A stretch of DNA of 64,000 bases from Armatimonadota bacterium (GCA_039811685.1 JBDHZC010000004.1:197924-261923), one strand, 5' to 3'. Numbered from the stretch's first letter, positions 10,553 through 21,070 are shown. Notes: generated by a model not told the origin, from the sequence alone. A program made the numbers and translations.

Positions 10553-11257
10553 CTAGCTAGACGCCAGCGTGCCGGTGACCGTCTGCACGACAGGAGCGCC
10601 GTTGGCCTCGTTGGAGCGAATCAATATGCTTTCATAGACGCGGCCGGAGTTCGTGCCGTTGTTCTTTACGGTCACTTTGATTTCCCACGCGCCCTTCTCC
10701 GAGCCGTGTTTCACCGGCTTACCGAGAGTAATGAAGTTGGCCTGAGTCTCGGCGCTGGTAACCCAGATTTTGGCCGGATTGCTGGATTTGACAATTATCG
10801 TCTGCTGAAAGGTCTTGCCTGGTTTGAGGGTTCCGAAGTTCACGCGCTGGGGGAATACATCGAGCGGCGGCTGGATCAGGCCCGCTGCCGTAAGCGAAAC
10901 AGTGCCGTTCTGTGGATCATTTGTCTCCACTGTGATGCTCTTCATCACTTTGCCGCGGTAGCCAGCGGAGTTGAATACGGCTGTGATCTTGGCAGACTTG
11001 CCCGGCGCTATTGTTTTTGTGGATGCCTGTGCGTTGGTGCACCCGCAAGAGGTGCGAACGTTGTTGATTGTCAGAGTCTGATCGCCTGTGTTCTTGAAGT
11101 CCCAGACGAGATTCACTTTGGCGCCCTGAGGCTCTTTTCCCCAGTCGTACTTCGTGTTTGAGAAAGCAATCTTGGGGGCGGCTGAAGCCATGGAGGCGCT
11201 TAGAGCCACCACAACGGCAAATGCAGCCACAAGACCACTGTATCTGTGCATTCTCAT
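10553..11257 (-). CDS. Secreted DUF1573-domain protein
   Basis: Signal peptide, then a DUF1573-like N-terminal domain with a conserved …NTGDQTLTINNVRTSCGCT… block, followed by a second β-rich domain. Confidence 0.7.
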   Translation of the reverse strand: MRMHRYSGLVAAFAVVVALSASMASAAPKIAFSNTKYDWGKEPQGAKVNLVWDFKNTGDQTLTINNVRTSCGCTNAQASTKTIAPGKSAKITAVFNSAGYRGKVMKSITVETNDPQNGTVSLTAAGLIQPPLDVFPQRVNFGTLKPGKTFQQTIIVKSSNPAKIWVTSAETQANFITLGKPVKHGSEKGAWEIKVTVKNNGTNSGRVYESILIRSNEANGAPVVQTVTGTLASS

Positions 11258-11718
11258 CTAATCTTATCTCCTGTAGTTCACATACGCGCCTGACAGAGTT
11301 CTCTGCGCAAAATGTAGTCAACCGGGCGCGCGCAATGCTATCCTATATACGCACAAAGAACCGGAATCTCTCCCTCCGGCCGAAAATGCCCGTATTTCTA
11401 TCAGGCTAGCACAGGCTCAGTTGCCTCGTCAATGCATCAAGCCTGACAAGATTGACAGGCTATCTTCCGGGGATTATACTCCCCAAGCAAGGGATAGCAA
11501 GCCGCAGAACACCATCTGAACACGCTGATAGCGTCCGGTTGGTAGATGGCTTTCGGCGCTCGAGAACTTTGTTCCGTGTTTTCCCGTAAACCAATTGGGA
11601 CTTCATCGTGCCCAGCGGTGCTGTTGAATCCCATATCACCGCCCGGAGCGTTCTGACAGGCGCATTGTTGCGCCAGAGGACAGCCGGGTGTGAGCACACT
11701 GAGGCGTTATACGATTCT

Positions 11719-12645
11719 ATGGAAAACGCGATTGAGATCCGCGATCTAACGAAGTCGTTTCACAATATGCTGACAAAAGAAGATGTTATCGCCGTTGATC
11801 ATCTTACTCTGGATGTTCCCCCTGGTCAGATTTTTGGCTTCCTCGGCCCAAACGGCGCAGGCAAGACCACGACAATAAAGATGCTTCTCGGGCTGATTTT
11901 TCCGGACTCAGGCACCGCGCATATTTTTGGGCAGCCGGCCGGCGACATAGACGTCAAGAGGAAAATTTCTTACCTTCCGGAAAGCCCCTACTTTTACGAG
12001 CACCTGAGCGGCTACGAAGTGATGGACTTTTATGGACGTCTCTTCAACATCCCGGCCAAAGCGCGCAAGAAGCGCGTAGAAGAGCTACTGGAACAGGTTG
12101 GGCTGGGGGCGCAGATGCACAAACGGCTCCGGCACTACTCCAAAGGGATGCTGCAACGTGTGGGATTGGCTCAGGCGCTGATAAACGATCCGCAACTGCT
12201 GTTTCTCGATGAGCCCACGTCTGGCCTTGACCCGATAGCGCACCTGGACATCCGGGACCTCATCCTGCGGCTGCGAGAAGAGGGCAAGACCCTGTTTATC
12301 AGCTCTCACCAGCTTTCGGATGTTGAAATGGTCTGCGACCGCGTATCCATTCTCAATCACGGAAAGCTGCTCAGAGTTGACAATCTCAGTGCGCTGCTGG
12401 CAGGGGAGACAACTCAGGTCAGGGCGGCTAACATCACGGATGAAGTTTTCCAGGGCGTAAAAGAGATCGCGCCCGAATCCATGGTGTCAGATGGCGCTCT
12501 CTCTGCGCGGATCGACCCAGAAAAGGTGGATGAGCTCGTTGACTACATCCGGCGAAGTGGAGGTTCAGTCGTCGCCGTGACGCCTGTCCAGCGGACTCTG
12601 GAAGACATATTTATCGAGACGGTACGGGGAGGGAATCTCTCTTGA
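11719..12645 (+). CDS. ABC transporter ATP-binding protein
   Basis: Walker A GPNGAGKTT, signature LSGGMLQRV-like (YSKGMLQRVGLAQAL) and Walker B LLFLDEPTSGLD. Start at MENAIEIRDL (11719). Confidence 0.9.
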   Translation: MENAIEIRDLTKSFHNMLTKEDVIAVDHLTLDVPPGQIFGFLGPNGAGKTTTIKMLLGLIFPDSGTAHIFGQPAGDIDVKRKISYLPESPYFYEHLSGYEVMDFYGRLFNIPAKARKKRVEELLEQVGLGAQMHKRLRHYSKGMLQRVGLAQALINDPQLLFLDEPTSGLDPIAHLDIRDLILRLREEGKTLFISSHQLSDVEMVCDRVSILNHGKLLRVDNLSALLAGETTQVRAANITDEVFQGVKEIAPESMVSDGALSARIDPEKVDELVDYIRRSGGSVVAVTPVQRTLEDIFIETVRGGNLS

Positions 12646-13490
12646 GCACGTGGATTATCGCTCTGAACACTTTTGGGGAGGCTATGCGCAAGAAGATTCT
12701 GAACGTCTTCCTGATCCTTGCGCTCGGGTCGGTCATCATCTCGCTCACGTTTACGTTTCTGACATTCCGCCAGCAGGTGGATATCCTGAAGAGCTTTGGC
12801 CTGGGAATGATTCAGTTCTGGGGGCTGTTCATCGCGATTATCATGGGCATTACGCTGATACCGCAGGACATGGATCAGCGCACGATCTATACCATTCTGT
12901 CCAAGCCCGTGAAGCGCTATGAATACATTGTAGGGCGCTTCCTGGGCGCCGCAATGACGCTCGGCGTCAATGTTTTGCTGATGGGGCTTGCGTTTCTCGT
13001 AGTGTTTCTCATCAAAGTGAACACGGGGGACGACAGCGCAATGGATGCCCTTGCCAATTACCACATTGGCGAGTTCTTCTCGCGCTTCCACTGGTCGGCT
13101 GAGATTCCGGGGCTGATCGGCGGCATACTGATGGTGTTTCTAAAGCTGCTCCTGCTGGCCGCCGTGGCGATCTTCTTTTCTGTGTTCATCAGTATGACTG
13201 TGAACTTCTTTCTGACGGCTGCGGTGTTCATTGTTGGCAGCATGTCCAGTGTCACGGAGTCCATGGCCAACAATCCGGAAACGTCGCCTCTGTTACGCGT
13301 TATCTACAAGGGTTTTCACCTTCTGGTTCCCAACTTCGGCAACTACGACATCCAAAATCCTCTCATCCATCCGGATGTTCCGCAGTCTGATATCGGCATG
13401 TATATGGTGAAAGCGGCCCTTTACGGGCTCGCGTACACGATCGTACTCATCGTTCTGGGCGTTCTGGTTTTTGAGCGGCGGGAGGTATGA
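12642..13490 (+). CDS. ABC-2 type transporter permease
   Basis: Six predicted TM helices. Overlaps the ATPase stop (ATGA-style coupling). Confidence 0.8.
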   Translation: MSTWIIALNTFGEAMRKKILNVFLILALGSVIISLTFTFLTFRQQVDILKSFGLGMIQFWGLFIAIIMGITLIPQDMDQRTIYTILSKPVKRYEYIVGRFLGAAMTLGVNVLLMGLAFLVVFLIKVNTGDDSAMDALANYHIGEFFSRFHWSAEIPGLIGGILMVFLKLLLLAAVAIFFSVFISMTVNFFLTAAVFIVGSMSSVTESMANNPETSPLLRVIYKGFHLLVPNFGNYDIQNPLIHPDVPQSDIGMYMVKAALYGLAYTIVLIVLGVLVFERREV

Positions 13491-14767
13491 TGGATACCGG
13501 TCGATCCAGGAGACAGGGGCTGATAGGGCTGGTTGTCGTGCTGCTTGTGTTCGTCGCCTATATGCAGTCTGTTCTGGACCCCCAAAGACAGAAGTATCAG
13601 CCAGGAAAGGTGACACGGGTTGAAATTGGTACGGAGTTTATTGCCGCAACGCTGATCGGTCTGAAAGAGGTTGTCGCCGGACTATTGTGGGTGCGTGCGG
13701 ACGAGTTCTTCCACACGGGCAACTATGAAGCCATTATTCCAATGGTGCGCATTATCACCTGGCTGGATCCTCATCAGCTCGATGTATACGACACAGGCGC
13801 GTGGCATCTTGCGTACAACTTCACGGATTCTCAAGAGCGATCGGACCGGCGCTATATACCGGCTGCCCGCGCGCTCCTCGAGGAGGGGATTCACAATAAC
13901 CCGAACATCTTCGACCTCTACTTTTCGCTGGGATGGACGAATTTCCAGAAAATCCAGGACTACCCTGATGCTGTCAAGTGGTTCAGGTTAGCCAACACCA
14001 AGGGATCAATCGATCCAGCCACAGGTAAGATACGCCCGCCGAAGGCGCAGTTCAAAGATCGTCCGCAGTTTGTGGGACACAGCCTTGCGCATGCGTACGA
14101 ACGCGCGGGAGATATCGATCAGGCTATTGCACAGTGGAAGCAAAACATTCGCGACAATCAGGCTTATGCCAGACAATACCCGAAGGATCAGGGCAACAAG
14201 GCGATGATAGACGTCGCGAACAACAATTTACATGCGCTGGAGTTTGAGAAGAAGGTACGTGCAGAAATCAGGCCTGTGAAGAACGTGCACTTCGACGCCC
14301 ATTTTCAGCGCCTTGGTCCGCGCAAGTTCAGAGTTTTTGGAACGCTCGACCTGCCAACCGGAGCCCGCGTCAGAGTACGTTTGGCGGACAAAGATTTCCG
14401 CGAGCAACAGTTCAAGACCTTTACCTATGACATCAATGACAAGCAGACCATTCTGATTGACGATCTCTACGTTCGCGACGGAAAGTTCGATCGGGTTATT
14501 GATATTCAGAGAGATGCTGCCATCTATCCTCTCAGGTCAAAAGATTATACTCTGACTCTGTCGTTCAACCCGCTTTCTGCACCGGATTTCGTGCAGGGTA
14601 TGCCGGCGGAACAGAAGATTGACGGGGGTCGCAGAGGAGAAAAGCTGCAGTACGGCGCGGTAGGCTGGCACGGTGAGGGATTGGCTGACCAGAAGTATCT
14701 TGTGGTCAAAAACGGCGTTCGAATGCTGGAAAAGCAGATCCCTTTGACACGCGCCGACCTGGCCTGA
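13487..14767 (+). CDS. Membrane-anchored accessory protein of the ABC operon (N-terminal TM helix, α-helical TPR-like repeats, unknown function)
   Basis: Its start overlaps the permease stop. One N-terminal TM helix is followed by a ~400 aa soluble domain with no catalytic motifs I recognise. Confidence 0.55.
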   Translation: MMDTGRSRRQGLIGLVVVLLVFVAYMQSVLDPQRQKYQPGKVTRVEIGTEFIAATLIGLKEVVAGLLWVRADEFFHTGNYEAIIPMVRIITWLDPHQLDVYDTGAWHLAYNFTDSQERSDRRYIPAARALLEEGIHNNPNIFDLYFSLGWTNFQKIQDYPDAVKWFRLANTKGSIDPATGKIRPPKAQFKDRPQFVGHSLAHAYERAGDIDQAIAQWKQNIRDNQAYARQYPKDQGNKAMIDVANNNLHALEFEKKVRAEIRPVKNVHFDAHFQRLGPRKFRVFGTLDLPTGARVRVRLADKDFREQQFKTFTYDINDKQTILIDDLYVRDGKFDRVIDIQRDAAIYPLRSKDYTLTLSFNPLSAPDFVQGMPAEQKIDGGRRGEKLQYGAVGWHGEGLADQKYLVVKNGVRMLEKQIPLTRADLA

Positions 14768-14896
14768 CTTCGACAGAATGCTGCTCGGATCTCTCCACCG
14801 CTTGACGGACGGTGTTTGCGTCAGTATTATGGTGTGCGCCTGTCCGCTCTCAGCCCGGTGCAGCTTCACAATATCTTGTTTCGGAGCAACTGATTA

Positions 14897-15928
14897 TTGA
14901 CAACTAGACAGCCCGTCCGCAAGACTACTTCCACGCGCTCGCAGCGGCCTGGAAAATCCACCTCCCGTCGCCGGAAAAAGCCTTCCCTTTTCAGCGTAGT
15001 CTGGAAACTCTTTCTAGTTGCTGTCTTCGCCGCTGTCTCTCTGGCTGTTGGGGTCGCAACGTACTGGACAGTCAAGAGTCCGTCCATTCGTCAGGCTGCC
15101 ACGGCGGCGGTTACGGGCGGGTTGTCACCCGACAAGGCCTTTCCAGGGCGTAGTGAGCTTAATATTCTGCTGCTCGGCCGGGACGAGGACCGCGACAACA
15201 AAGATCGTGTCATGAACACGCGCGGACGCACCGATACGATAGTCCTCGCCCATCTCGATTTTGCCCAACGGCAAGTGAATCTCCTCTCCATACCGCGTGA
15301 TACGCTGGTGCGGATTCCTGGCTACTCCGGCCGGCACAAGATTAACGCAGCGAACGCGCTCGGCGGTCCGGAGTTGACGGCGCAGACTGTCGAAAACCTT
15401 ATAGACATCAAACCTGACGGCTATGTTCTGGTTGACTACAAGGTGTTTCAGACACTGATTGACCAGGCTGGCGGAGTTCAAGTGAATGTCCCGAAGCAGC
15501 TCGACTATGACGACAACTGGGGCAATCTGCACATCCATCTCAAGCCCGGGCCGCAACATTTAAACGGGGAGCAGGCGCTCGGGCTGGTGCGCTTCCGGCA
15601 CTCTAACGACGGTCGCGCGGACTCTGACCAGGAGCGCATCGCGCGCCAGCAGATGCTTCTCGCCAGCGCCCGCCACCAGTTTACGCGTCCAGCGATGCTG
15701 CTTCGTTTGCCTGAGGTCTTTTCGACTCTTATGGAGCAGACCGATACCACGCTAACAACAGACCAGGCGCTGTGCCTGGCAAATTTTGCGCGCAGTGTCG
15801 GCAGCAACATGCGCATGGAAGTGTTGCCTTCAATTCCGGCGCGGTCCGCGCTGCGTATGGATCGAGTCCGCGCGCGGCAGCTTGTGGAAGAGATGTTCAT
15901 CAAAGGACAAAGCAAAGAGTCCACGTAG
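14897..15928 (+). CDS. LytR-CpsA-Psr (LCP) family cell-envelope phosphotransferase
   Basis: Basic N-terminus, a TM helix, and LCP motifs: ILLLGRDEDRD…RTDTIVLAHLD, LLSIPRDTLVRIPG and INAANALGG. The start appears to be TTG. Confidence 0.8.
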   Translation: MTTRQPVRKTTSTRSQRPGKSTSRRRKKPSLFSVVWKLFLVAVFAAVSLAVGVATYWTVKSPSIRQAATAAVTGGLSPDKAFPGRSELNILLLGRDEDRDNKDRVMNTRGRTDTIVLAHLDFAQRQVNLLSIPRDTLVRIPGYSGRHKINAANALGGPELTAQTVENLIDIKPDGYVLVDYKVFQTLIDQAGGVQVNVPKQLDYDDNWGNLHIHLKPGPQHLNGEQALGLVRFRHSNDGRADSDQERIARQQMLLASARHQFTRPAMLLRLPEVFSTLMEQTDTTLTTDQALCLANFARSVGSNMRMEVLPSIPARSALRMDRVRARQLVEEMFIKGQSKEST

Positions 15929-15958
15929 GCGCCCTGACGCCTGCGTTGCTTACGGACT

Positions 15959-16393
15959 GTGACGGCTCCTATTGACCACGTCTGGACTCCATCGTTCCAG
16001 ATTTCCCCAGATACCGCACTTGCCCTGATAGCGCCTCATCTCGATCTGGCGATACCGGCGCCACTGTTTGTGGGTGAAGCTGACGGCAGCCACCCTTGCG
16101 CATTCTCCGGCTACCGCTACATTCCAGACCGGACGGCTTGTGCGCTTGACCGATCAGACGAGATGTTTCAGAACTCCGCCGAAGATTTAGGACGCTTTCT
16201 GCGTCCTGCGCAACATACGCTCTTCAGGGCTGTTTACGGGTTGGGAGAGGGCGACCCGGCCCTGTGGAAGCGCGCAGGGCGGAGGAGTCTGGTCTACGGG
16301 GTCACCCAGACAAGCTACGGCGCGGCGATATCGGACAGCGCCCTTCAGGCTGCTGGAAAATCGGCTCTTCTCGGGGCGATTCACATCTCTTGA
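15959..16393 (+). CDS. Hypothetical protein (possibly a truncated fragment)
   Basis: 144-aa ORF with no clear motif or SD; coding status uncertain. Confidence 0.3.
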   Translation: MTAPIDHVWTPSFQISPDTALALIAPHLDLAIPAPLFVGEADGSHPCAFSGYRYIPDRTACALDRSDEMFQNSAEDLGRFLRPAQHTLFRAVYGLGEGDPALWKRAGRRSLVYGVTQTSYGAAISDSALQAAGKSALLGAIHIS

Positions 16394-16430
16394 TGTCAGA
16401 GGCAGCTGGAGACTCATTACGGGTCTCGGC

Positions 16431-16462
16431 AAACAAAAACACCCGGTGGCCGCTACCGGGTG
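16431..16462 (-). terminator. Rho-independent terminator downstream of cspA
   Basis: Minus strand reads CACCCGGTAGCGGCCACCGGGTG (a 7-bp GC stem), followed by TTTTTGTTTG. Confidence 0.5.
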
Positions 16463-16535
16463 CTATCCAATCGTCTCTATTCACCTCAGAACGCTTTGCC
16501 GCGGGGCATCAGTACGCTCCAGGGATTTCTCTGTG

Positions 16536-16736
16536 TTACAGAGCCGATACGTTATTGGCCTGCGGACCCTTCGGACCCTGCACAACCTCAAACTGGACTG
16601 ACTGTCCCTCTTTCAGCGTGCGGTGGCCATCCCCGTTGATTGCGGAAAAGTGTACAAATACGTCTTTTCCATCCTGAACGGAAATGAAGCCATAGCCCTT
16701 GGAGTCACTGAACCACTTAACAGTGCCGGTCTCCAT
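16536..16736 (-). CDS. cspA: Cold-shock protein (CspA family)
   Basis: [18 protein letters not shown]…VFVHFSAI, with RNP1 and RNP2 motifs. Start taken at METG. Confidence 0.92.
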   Translation of the reverse strand: METGTVKWFSDSKGYGFISVQDGKDVFVHFSAINGDGHRTLKEGQSVQFEVVQGPKGPQANNVSAL

Positions 16737-17039
16737 TGCTTTCCGACCCTTCCATAACCATGACACATGAGAAGCGCGTCCGAACTGATATTCCTGGCTG
16801 CGGAAGCAAGCGACCGTTGCAAATCCGAATCAGAATCTCACGTTGCGTCCGAGCTACCGACTATACTCCGACGGAAGCTGGGATCGAATTCCCACCTCAC
16901 ACCGATCCTTTTGCGCGAGTTTTTCAGATTCCTTCTAAGAGTCTCAAAAAAAGTCGGAATAATTCTTCTTAGCGGTGGGAATGTGTCCGAATTGCAATAG
17001 AAGTGAAGCGGCCGACGTTCAGGCTGGCTTCCACGCAGG

Positions 17040-17378
17040 CTAACCCCTCTGACTGAAATGCCGGATTTCAGCTTCAAATTCGCGGCGCATCTCATCCATG
17101 CGGTTCTCCGCTTCTTCTTGCGTCTGCTTCAGTCGCTCCAGCAGTCCAAGAATTACCTCAACGCCTGCAAGATTTACTCCCAGATCCTGCGTCAGCCGTT
17201 GGATTTGTTGAAGTCGCTGAATGTCTTCTTCTGAGTATAGCCGGTTGCGTCCGTTGCGCCGCTGCGGCTGCACAAGTCCCAGGCGCTCGTACAAGCGCAG
17301 AGTCTGGGGGTGCATGTGGCACAGCCGAGCAGCAATACTGATCATGTAAACTGGCTCGTCCTTGTGTTGTGTACTCAT
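17040..17378 (-). CDS. hspR: Heat-shock transcriptional repressor HspR (MerR family)
   Basis: MerR HTH ([30 protein letters not shown]…[12 protein letters not shown]) and a C-terminal coiled coil. It is the last gene of the dnaK operon, as in Streptomyces. Confidence 0.8.
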   Translation of the reverse strand: MSTQHKDEPVYMISIAARLCHMHPQTLRLYERLGLVQPQRRNGRNRLYSEEDIQRLQQIQRLTQDLGVNLAGVEVILGLLERLKQTQEEAENRMDEMRREFEAEIRHFSQRG

Positions 17379-17452
17379 TGTCGCTCAAACCTCCAGTCTG
17401 CATTTCCCACGCGGAGATGAGTCCCGCCGGCGCCGCTAGTTGGTTCGGAAGC

Positions 17453-18442
17453 TTATCCAGCTTTCAACCCTTGAGCGATTGCCAGCTCCGTCAGCACCTC
17501 CTGTTCTCTTGCTGACAGCGGTTTCGGAACTGTAATCATCACTCTCGCCATCAGATCGCCGCTGCCTTCCCCCTTCAGCTTTGGCATTCCCTTGCCTTGC
17601 AGCCGCAAAGTCTGCCCGCTCTGTACGCCTGCTGGAACCTTCATGGTGACGCGCCCGGTCATCGTTGGCACAGCAATCTCTCCCCCCAGCGCTGCCAGCA
17701 GATAGGGCACCTGGACATCTTCAGTGAGGTTGTCCCCATCACGTTTGAATCGCACGTGTGGTTTGACGACTACGTTCAGGATGACGTCTGCCTTCTGCCC
17801 GTTGGCGCCAGGAGCTTCGCCAGCCAGCCTGATCTTGGAGCCCGTATTCACGCCTCGCGGTATCTTGACTGTCAGCCGCCGTCCACCTACGCTAATCTGA
17901 CGCTCTGAGCCTGAGTACGCTTCTTCCAGGGACACCTGCACTTCCGCCTGAACGCTTTGTGGCTGAGGCGCAAAGTTTGCCCCGAAGCCCCCAAAGCCGC
18001 CCTGGTCTACGTGGAACCGTCCGCCTCGTCCTCGGGTTGCGCCACCGAACAAGCCTTCAAAGATGCTCCCGATATCAGGGCCGCCTGCGCCGCTTCCAAA
18101 TCCGACATCGTCAAAATTGCCGTCGAAGTGGAACCCACCGCCACCCGGGCCGTACGCTTCAAAATCCGTTGCTGTGGCGCCTGCCTTCTGCGCTTGCTGC
18201 CACTGTTCCCACTGTGGGCCAAAGCGGTCGTACGCCTTGCGATTCTCCGGATCTTTGAGGACCTCATAGGCTTCGCTCACGAGCTTGAACTGCTCTTCCG
18301 AAGCTTTATCGCCGGGGTTGACATCCGGGTGGTGTTTGCGGGCGAGCTTGCGGTAAGCCGACTTGATCTCTTTTTCTGTCGCGCTTTTAGGAACGCCAAG
18401 AATTTTGTAATAGTCCTTGCTTGCCGCCATCGTATGCCTCAA
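17453..18442 (-). CDS. J-domain co-chaperone, class B (CbpA/DnaJ-like, no zinc-finger region)
   Basis: J domain DYYKILGV…HPD, a G/F-rich linker, and a C-terminal substrate-binding region. No CxxCxGxG repeats. Confidence 0.85.
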   Translation of the reverse strand: MRHTMAASKDYYKILGVPKSATEKEIKSAYRKLARKHHPDVNPGDKASEEQFKLVSEAYEVLKDPENRKAYDRFGPQWEQWQQAQKAGATATDFEAYGPGGGGFHFDGNFDDVGFGSGAGGPDIGSIFEGLFGGATRGRGGRFHVDQGGFGGFGANFAPQPQSVQAEVQVSLEEAYSGSERQISVGGRRLTVKIPRGVNTGSKIRLAGEAPGANGQKADVILNVVVKPHVRFKRDGDNLTEDVQVPYLLAALGGEIAVPTMTGRVTMKVPAGVQSGQTLRLQGKGMPKLKGEGSGDLMARVMITVPKPLSAREQEVLTELAIAQGLKAG

Positions 18443-18530
18443 ACTACTGCCGAACCAGGATTGGAACGGTAGAGGAAGCGGGTGTTGCCCCGCCTCCCTT
18501 TTACAATCACCACCTCATCGCCGGCGATCC

Positions 18531-18965
18531 TCAACCGACTTCGATGTCAATCTTCTTCGGCCTGACGGCCTGTGATTTGGGGATGGTCACCTGCAGCAGC
18601 CCATCCCGATAGACCGCTTTCACATTCTGGACATCCACCGGAATACCGATAGAGAATGACCGTGAAAACGGACCATACTGACGCTCAACGCGTACCCATT
18701 GCCCGTCATCCGGTTGCGGAAGGCTGCGTTCACCAGAGACGTTCAGCGTATCTGCCGTGACTTCTATGTTGATGTCTTCCATCTTTACGCCAGGCACTTC
18801 GCAGACAACAACGATATCGTTGTCGCTCTCACGCACATCGCACTCCGGCGTCCAACTTGAACTCCGCGCCTCTTCCGCTCCGCCACGCCGCGCGCCGTGT
18901 CGCCACGGCTCAAACAGCTCCGCAATTTCCCTGAACGGATCTCGTCCCCTTACATCCATTCGCAT
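18531..18965 (-). CDS. Hsp20/α-crystallin small heat-shock protein
   Basis: α-crystallin domain pattern (…VRESDNDIVVVCEVPGVKMEDINIEV…GLLQVTIPK). Confidence 0.85.
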   Translation of the reverse strand: MRMDVRGRDPFREIAELFEPWRHGARRGGAEEARSSSWTPECDVRESDNDIVVVCEVPGVKMEDINIEVTADTLNVSGERSLPQPDDGQWVRVERQYGPFSRSFSIGIPVDVQNVKAVYRDGLLQVTIPKSQAVRPKKIDIEVG

Positions 18966-19077
18966 CTGCTTTCACCTCTCAAGTAGTCTTTGTGAATGTT
19001 TTTGTGGCTTCTACCCTGCTCCTCTGGGGAGGAGATCAGCCTGGCGCAGTTGCAACTGCGCCAGGTGTCGTGTGTGT

Positions 19078-20913
19078 TTACTCCTCTTTGTACTCGGCCT
19101 CGATCACGTCTTCGCCGCCGTTCGACGCGGCGGCTGCCCCTGCCGGTTCCTGTTCCGGAGACTCCTGTTCCGCGCTCTGCCGGTAGAGAATCTCGCTAAG
19201 CTGATAAGCTGCCTGCTGCAGCTCTTCTGTGGCCGACGCGATATCCTGCTGGTTATCGCCCTTCAGCGCTTCCTGCAGCTTGTCGCGCGCGCTCTCCACG
19301 CGGGCGCGGACGTCTTCCGGCGCTTTGTCACCAAGGTCTGTCAGCGTCTTGTTGGTATTGTAGATAAGGCTGTCAGCGCGGTTCTTGATCTCCGCAACCT
19401 CTTTGGCCTTGCGGTCATCATCAGCGTGCGACTCCGCCTCGCGCACCATCTTTTCGATATCGCCCTTATCCAGATTACTGGAGCCGGTAATCGTGATACT
19501 TTGCTCGCGTCCGGAAGCCCGATCCTTCGCGCTCGCATGCAGAATGCCGTTGGCGTCAATGTCAAAGGTCACTTCGATCTGCGGGATACCACGAGGCGCG
19601 GGTGGAATTCCAGACAGGTGGAACATTCCGAGGCTCTTGTTGTCGCGGGACATCTCGCGCTCACCCTGAAGCACGTGCACTGTAACTTCGGTCTGCCCGT
19701 CAGCGGCCGTCGTGAATGTTTCAGATTTGCGCGTAGGGATCGTTGTGTTTCTCGGAATGAGCTTGGTGCACACGCCGCCCAGAGTCTCGATGCCCAGTGA
19801 AAGCGGTGTCACGTCCAGGAGCACAACATCCTTCACTTCACCCGCCAGAACGCCAGCTTGGATAGCAGCGCCTACTGCCACGACCTCATCCGGATTAACG
19901 CCCCTGTGCGGGTCCTTGCCAATGAGCTTCTTGACCAGCTCCTGCACCTGTGGCATTCGGGTTGAGCCGCCAACCAGAATCACTTCATCAATGTCTTTGT
20001 CCTCGAGTTTGGCGTCTTCAATAGCCTGCTTGTACGGCTTCACGCAGCGGTCCAGCAGGTCCGCAGTCAGCTCCTCAAACTTTGCTCGGGTGAGCGTGAC
20101 ATCCAGGTGCTTTGGGCCGTTAGCGTCGGCCGTAATGAAGGGCAGGTTGATGTTCGTCTGGACCACGTTAGACAGCTCAACCTTCGCTTTCTCAGCGCCT
20201 TCGCGAAGCCTCTGAAGCGCCTGCTTGTCTGAGCGCAGATCAATTCCAGATTCTTTCTTGAACTCATCAGCCACATACTCGACAATGCGCTCATCCCAGT
20301 CATCGCCACCCAGATGCGTATCGCCATGCGTGGACTTGACTTCGAACACGCCTTCGCCCACCTCCAGGATGGACACGTCAAACGTTCCCCCTCCAAGGTC
20401 CCAAACCAGAATGGTTTCGTTTTCCTTTTTGTCCAACCCGTACGCCAGGGCGGCAGCAGTTGGCTCGTTGATAATCCTCAGTACCTTGAGCCCTGCGATC
20501 TCGCCTGCGTTCTTGGTCGCTGTGCGCTGGGCGTCGTTGAAGTAAGCCGGTACAGTGATCACCGCGCTCTCCACTTTGTCCCCAAGGTAGGCTTCCGCGT
20601 CTGTCTTCAGCTTCTGAAGAATCATGCTGGATATCTCTTCAGGAGAATAGTTCTTGCCGTCGATCGAAACGCGCTTGTCCGTTCCCATATCGCGTTTGAT
20701 CGAGATCACGGTGCGCTCGGGGTTGACGATAGCCTGACGCTTTGCCTGCGTCCCTACCAGCCGTTCGCCATTCTTGGTGAATCCAACAACGCTCGCCGTA
20801 ATTCTGGAGCCTTCGGCGTTTGGGATGACGGTGGGCTCGCCGCCCTCCATAACCGCGACGACCGAGTTAGTGGTGCCAAGATCGATACCAACTGTTTTTG
20901 CCAATGCAATCAC
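19078..20913 (-). CDS. dnaK: Chaperone DnaK (Hsp70)
   Basis: Full-length Hsp70: [26 protein letters not shown], a substrate-binding domain and an EEVD-like acidic tail. A GGAGGTGA SD precedes the ATG. Confidence 0.97.
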   Translation of the reverse strand: MIALAKTVGIDLGTTNSVVAVMEGGEPTVIPNAEGSRITASVVGFTKNGERLVGTQAKRQAIVNPERTVISIKRDMGTDKRVSIDGKNYSPEEISSMILQKLKTDAEAYLGDKVESAVITVPAYFNDAQRTATKNAGEIAGLKVLRIINEPTAAALAYGLDKKENETILVWDLGGGTFDVSILEVGEGVFEVKSTHGDTHLGGDDWDERIVEYVADEFKKESGIDLRSDKQALQRLREGAEKAKVELSNVVQTNINLPFITADANGPKHLDVTLTRAKFEELTADLLDRCVKPYKQAIEDAKLEDKDIDEVILVGGSTRMPQVQELVKKLIGKDPHRGVNPDEVVAVGAAIQAGVLAGEVKDVVLLDVTPLSLGIETLGGVCTKLIPRNTTIPTRKSETFTTAADGQTEVTVHVLQGEREMSRDNKSLGMFHLSGIPPAPRGIPQIEVTFDIDANGILHASAKDRASGREQSITITGSSNLDKGDIEKMVREAESHADDDRKAKEVAEIKNRADSLIYNTNKTLTDLGDKAPEDVRARVESARDKLQEALKGDNQQDIASATEELQQAAYQLSEILYRQSAEQESPEQEPAGAAAASNGGEDVIEAEYKEE

Positions 20914-21020
20914 CTCCGCCCGGAACTCGTCCGGTCTTTTTCACTGTGTAATCCGTGTGGAGCAGGCTCTGTTCTGAACCGCTCTCCAGTGGTTTTTACC
21001 CACATCTTTTTATCGCAGGG

Positions 21021-21070
21021 ATTATCAAGTATTGAGTCTAATATTGTCAATGCTCTTGCTAACAGCATTG
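21021..21070 (-). promoter_or_regulatory. Putative σ70-type dnaK promoter overlapped by an inverted repeat
   Basis: Minus strand: a TTGACA -35 (plus-strand 21045-21050), a 17-nt spacer and a TGATAAT -10 (plus-strand 21021-21027), about 100 nt upstream of the dnaK ATG. The inverted repeat CAATGCT-N9-AGCATTG (21048-21070) overlaps the -35. HAIR-like half-sites (ACTCAA / CTTGAT) overlap the spacer and -10. Confidence 0.4.

Noticed and set aside
16767-17095. ORFs 16736..16972(+), 16767..17000(+) and 16838..17095(-) between cspA and hspR
   Set aside because: Short and featureless, and they overlap the hspR 3' end and the csp leader region. This is more likely csp 5'-UTR and promoter sequence.
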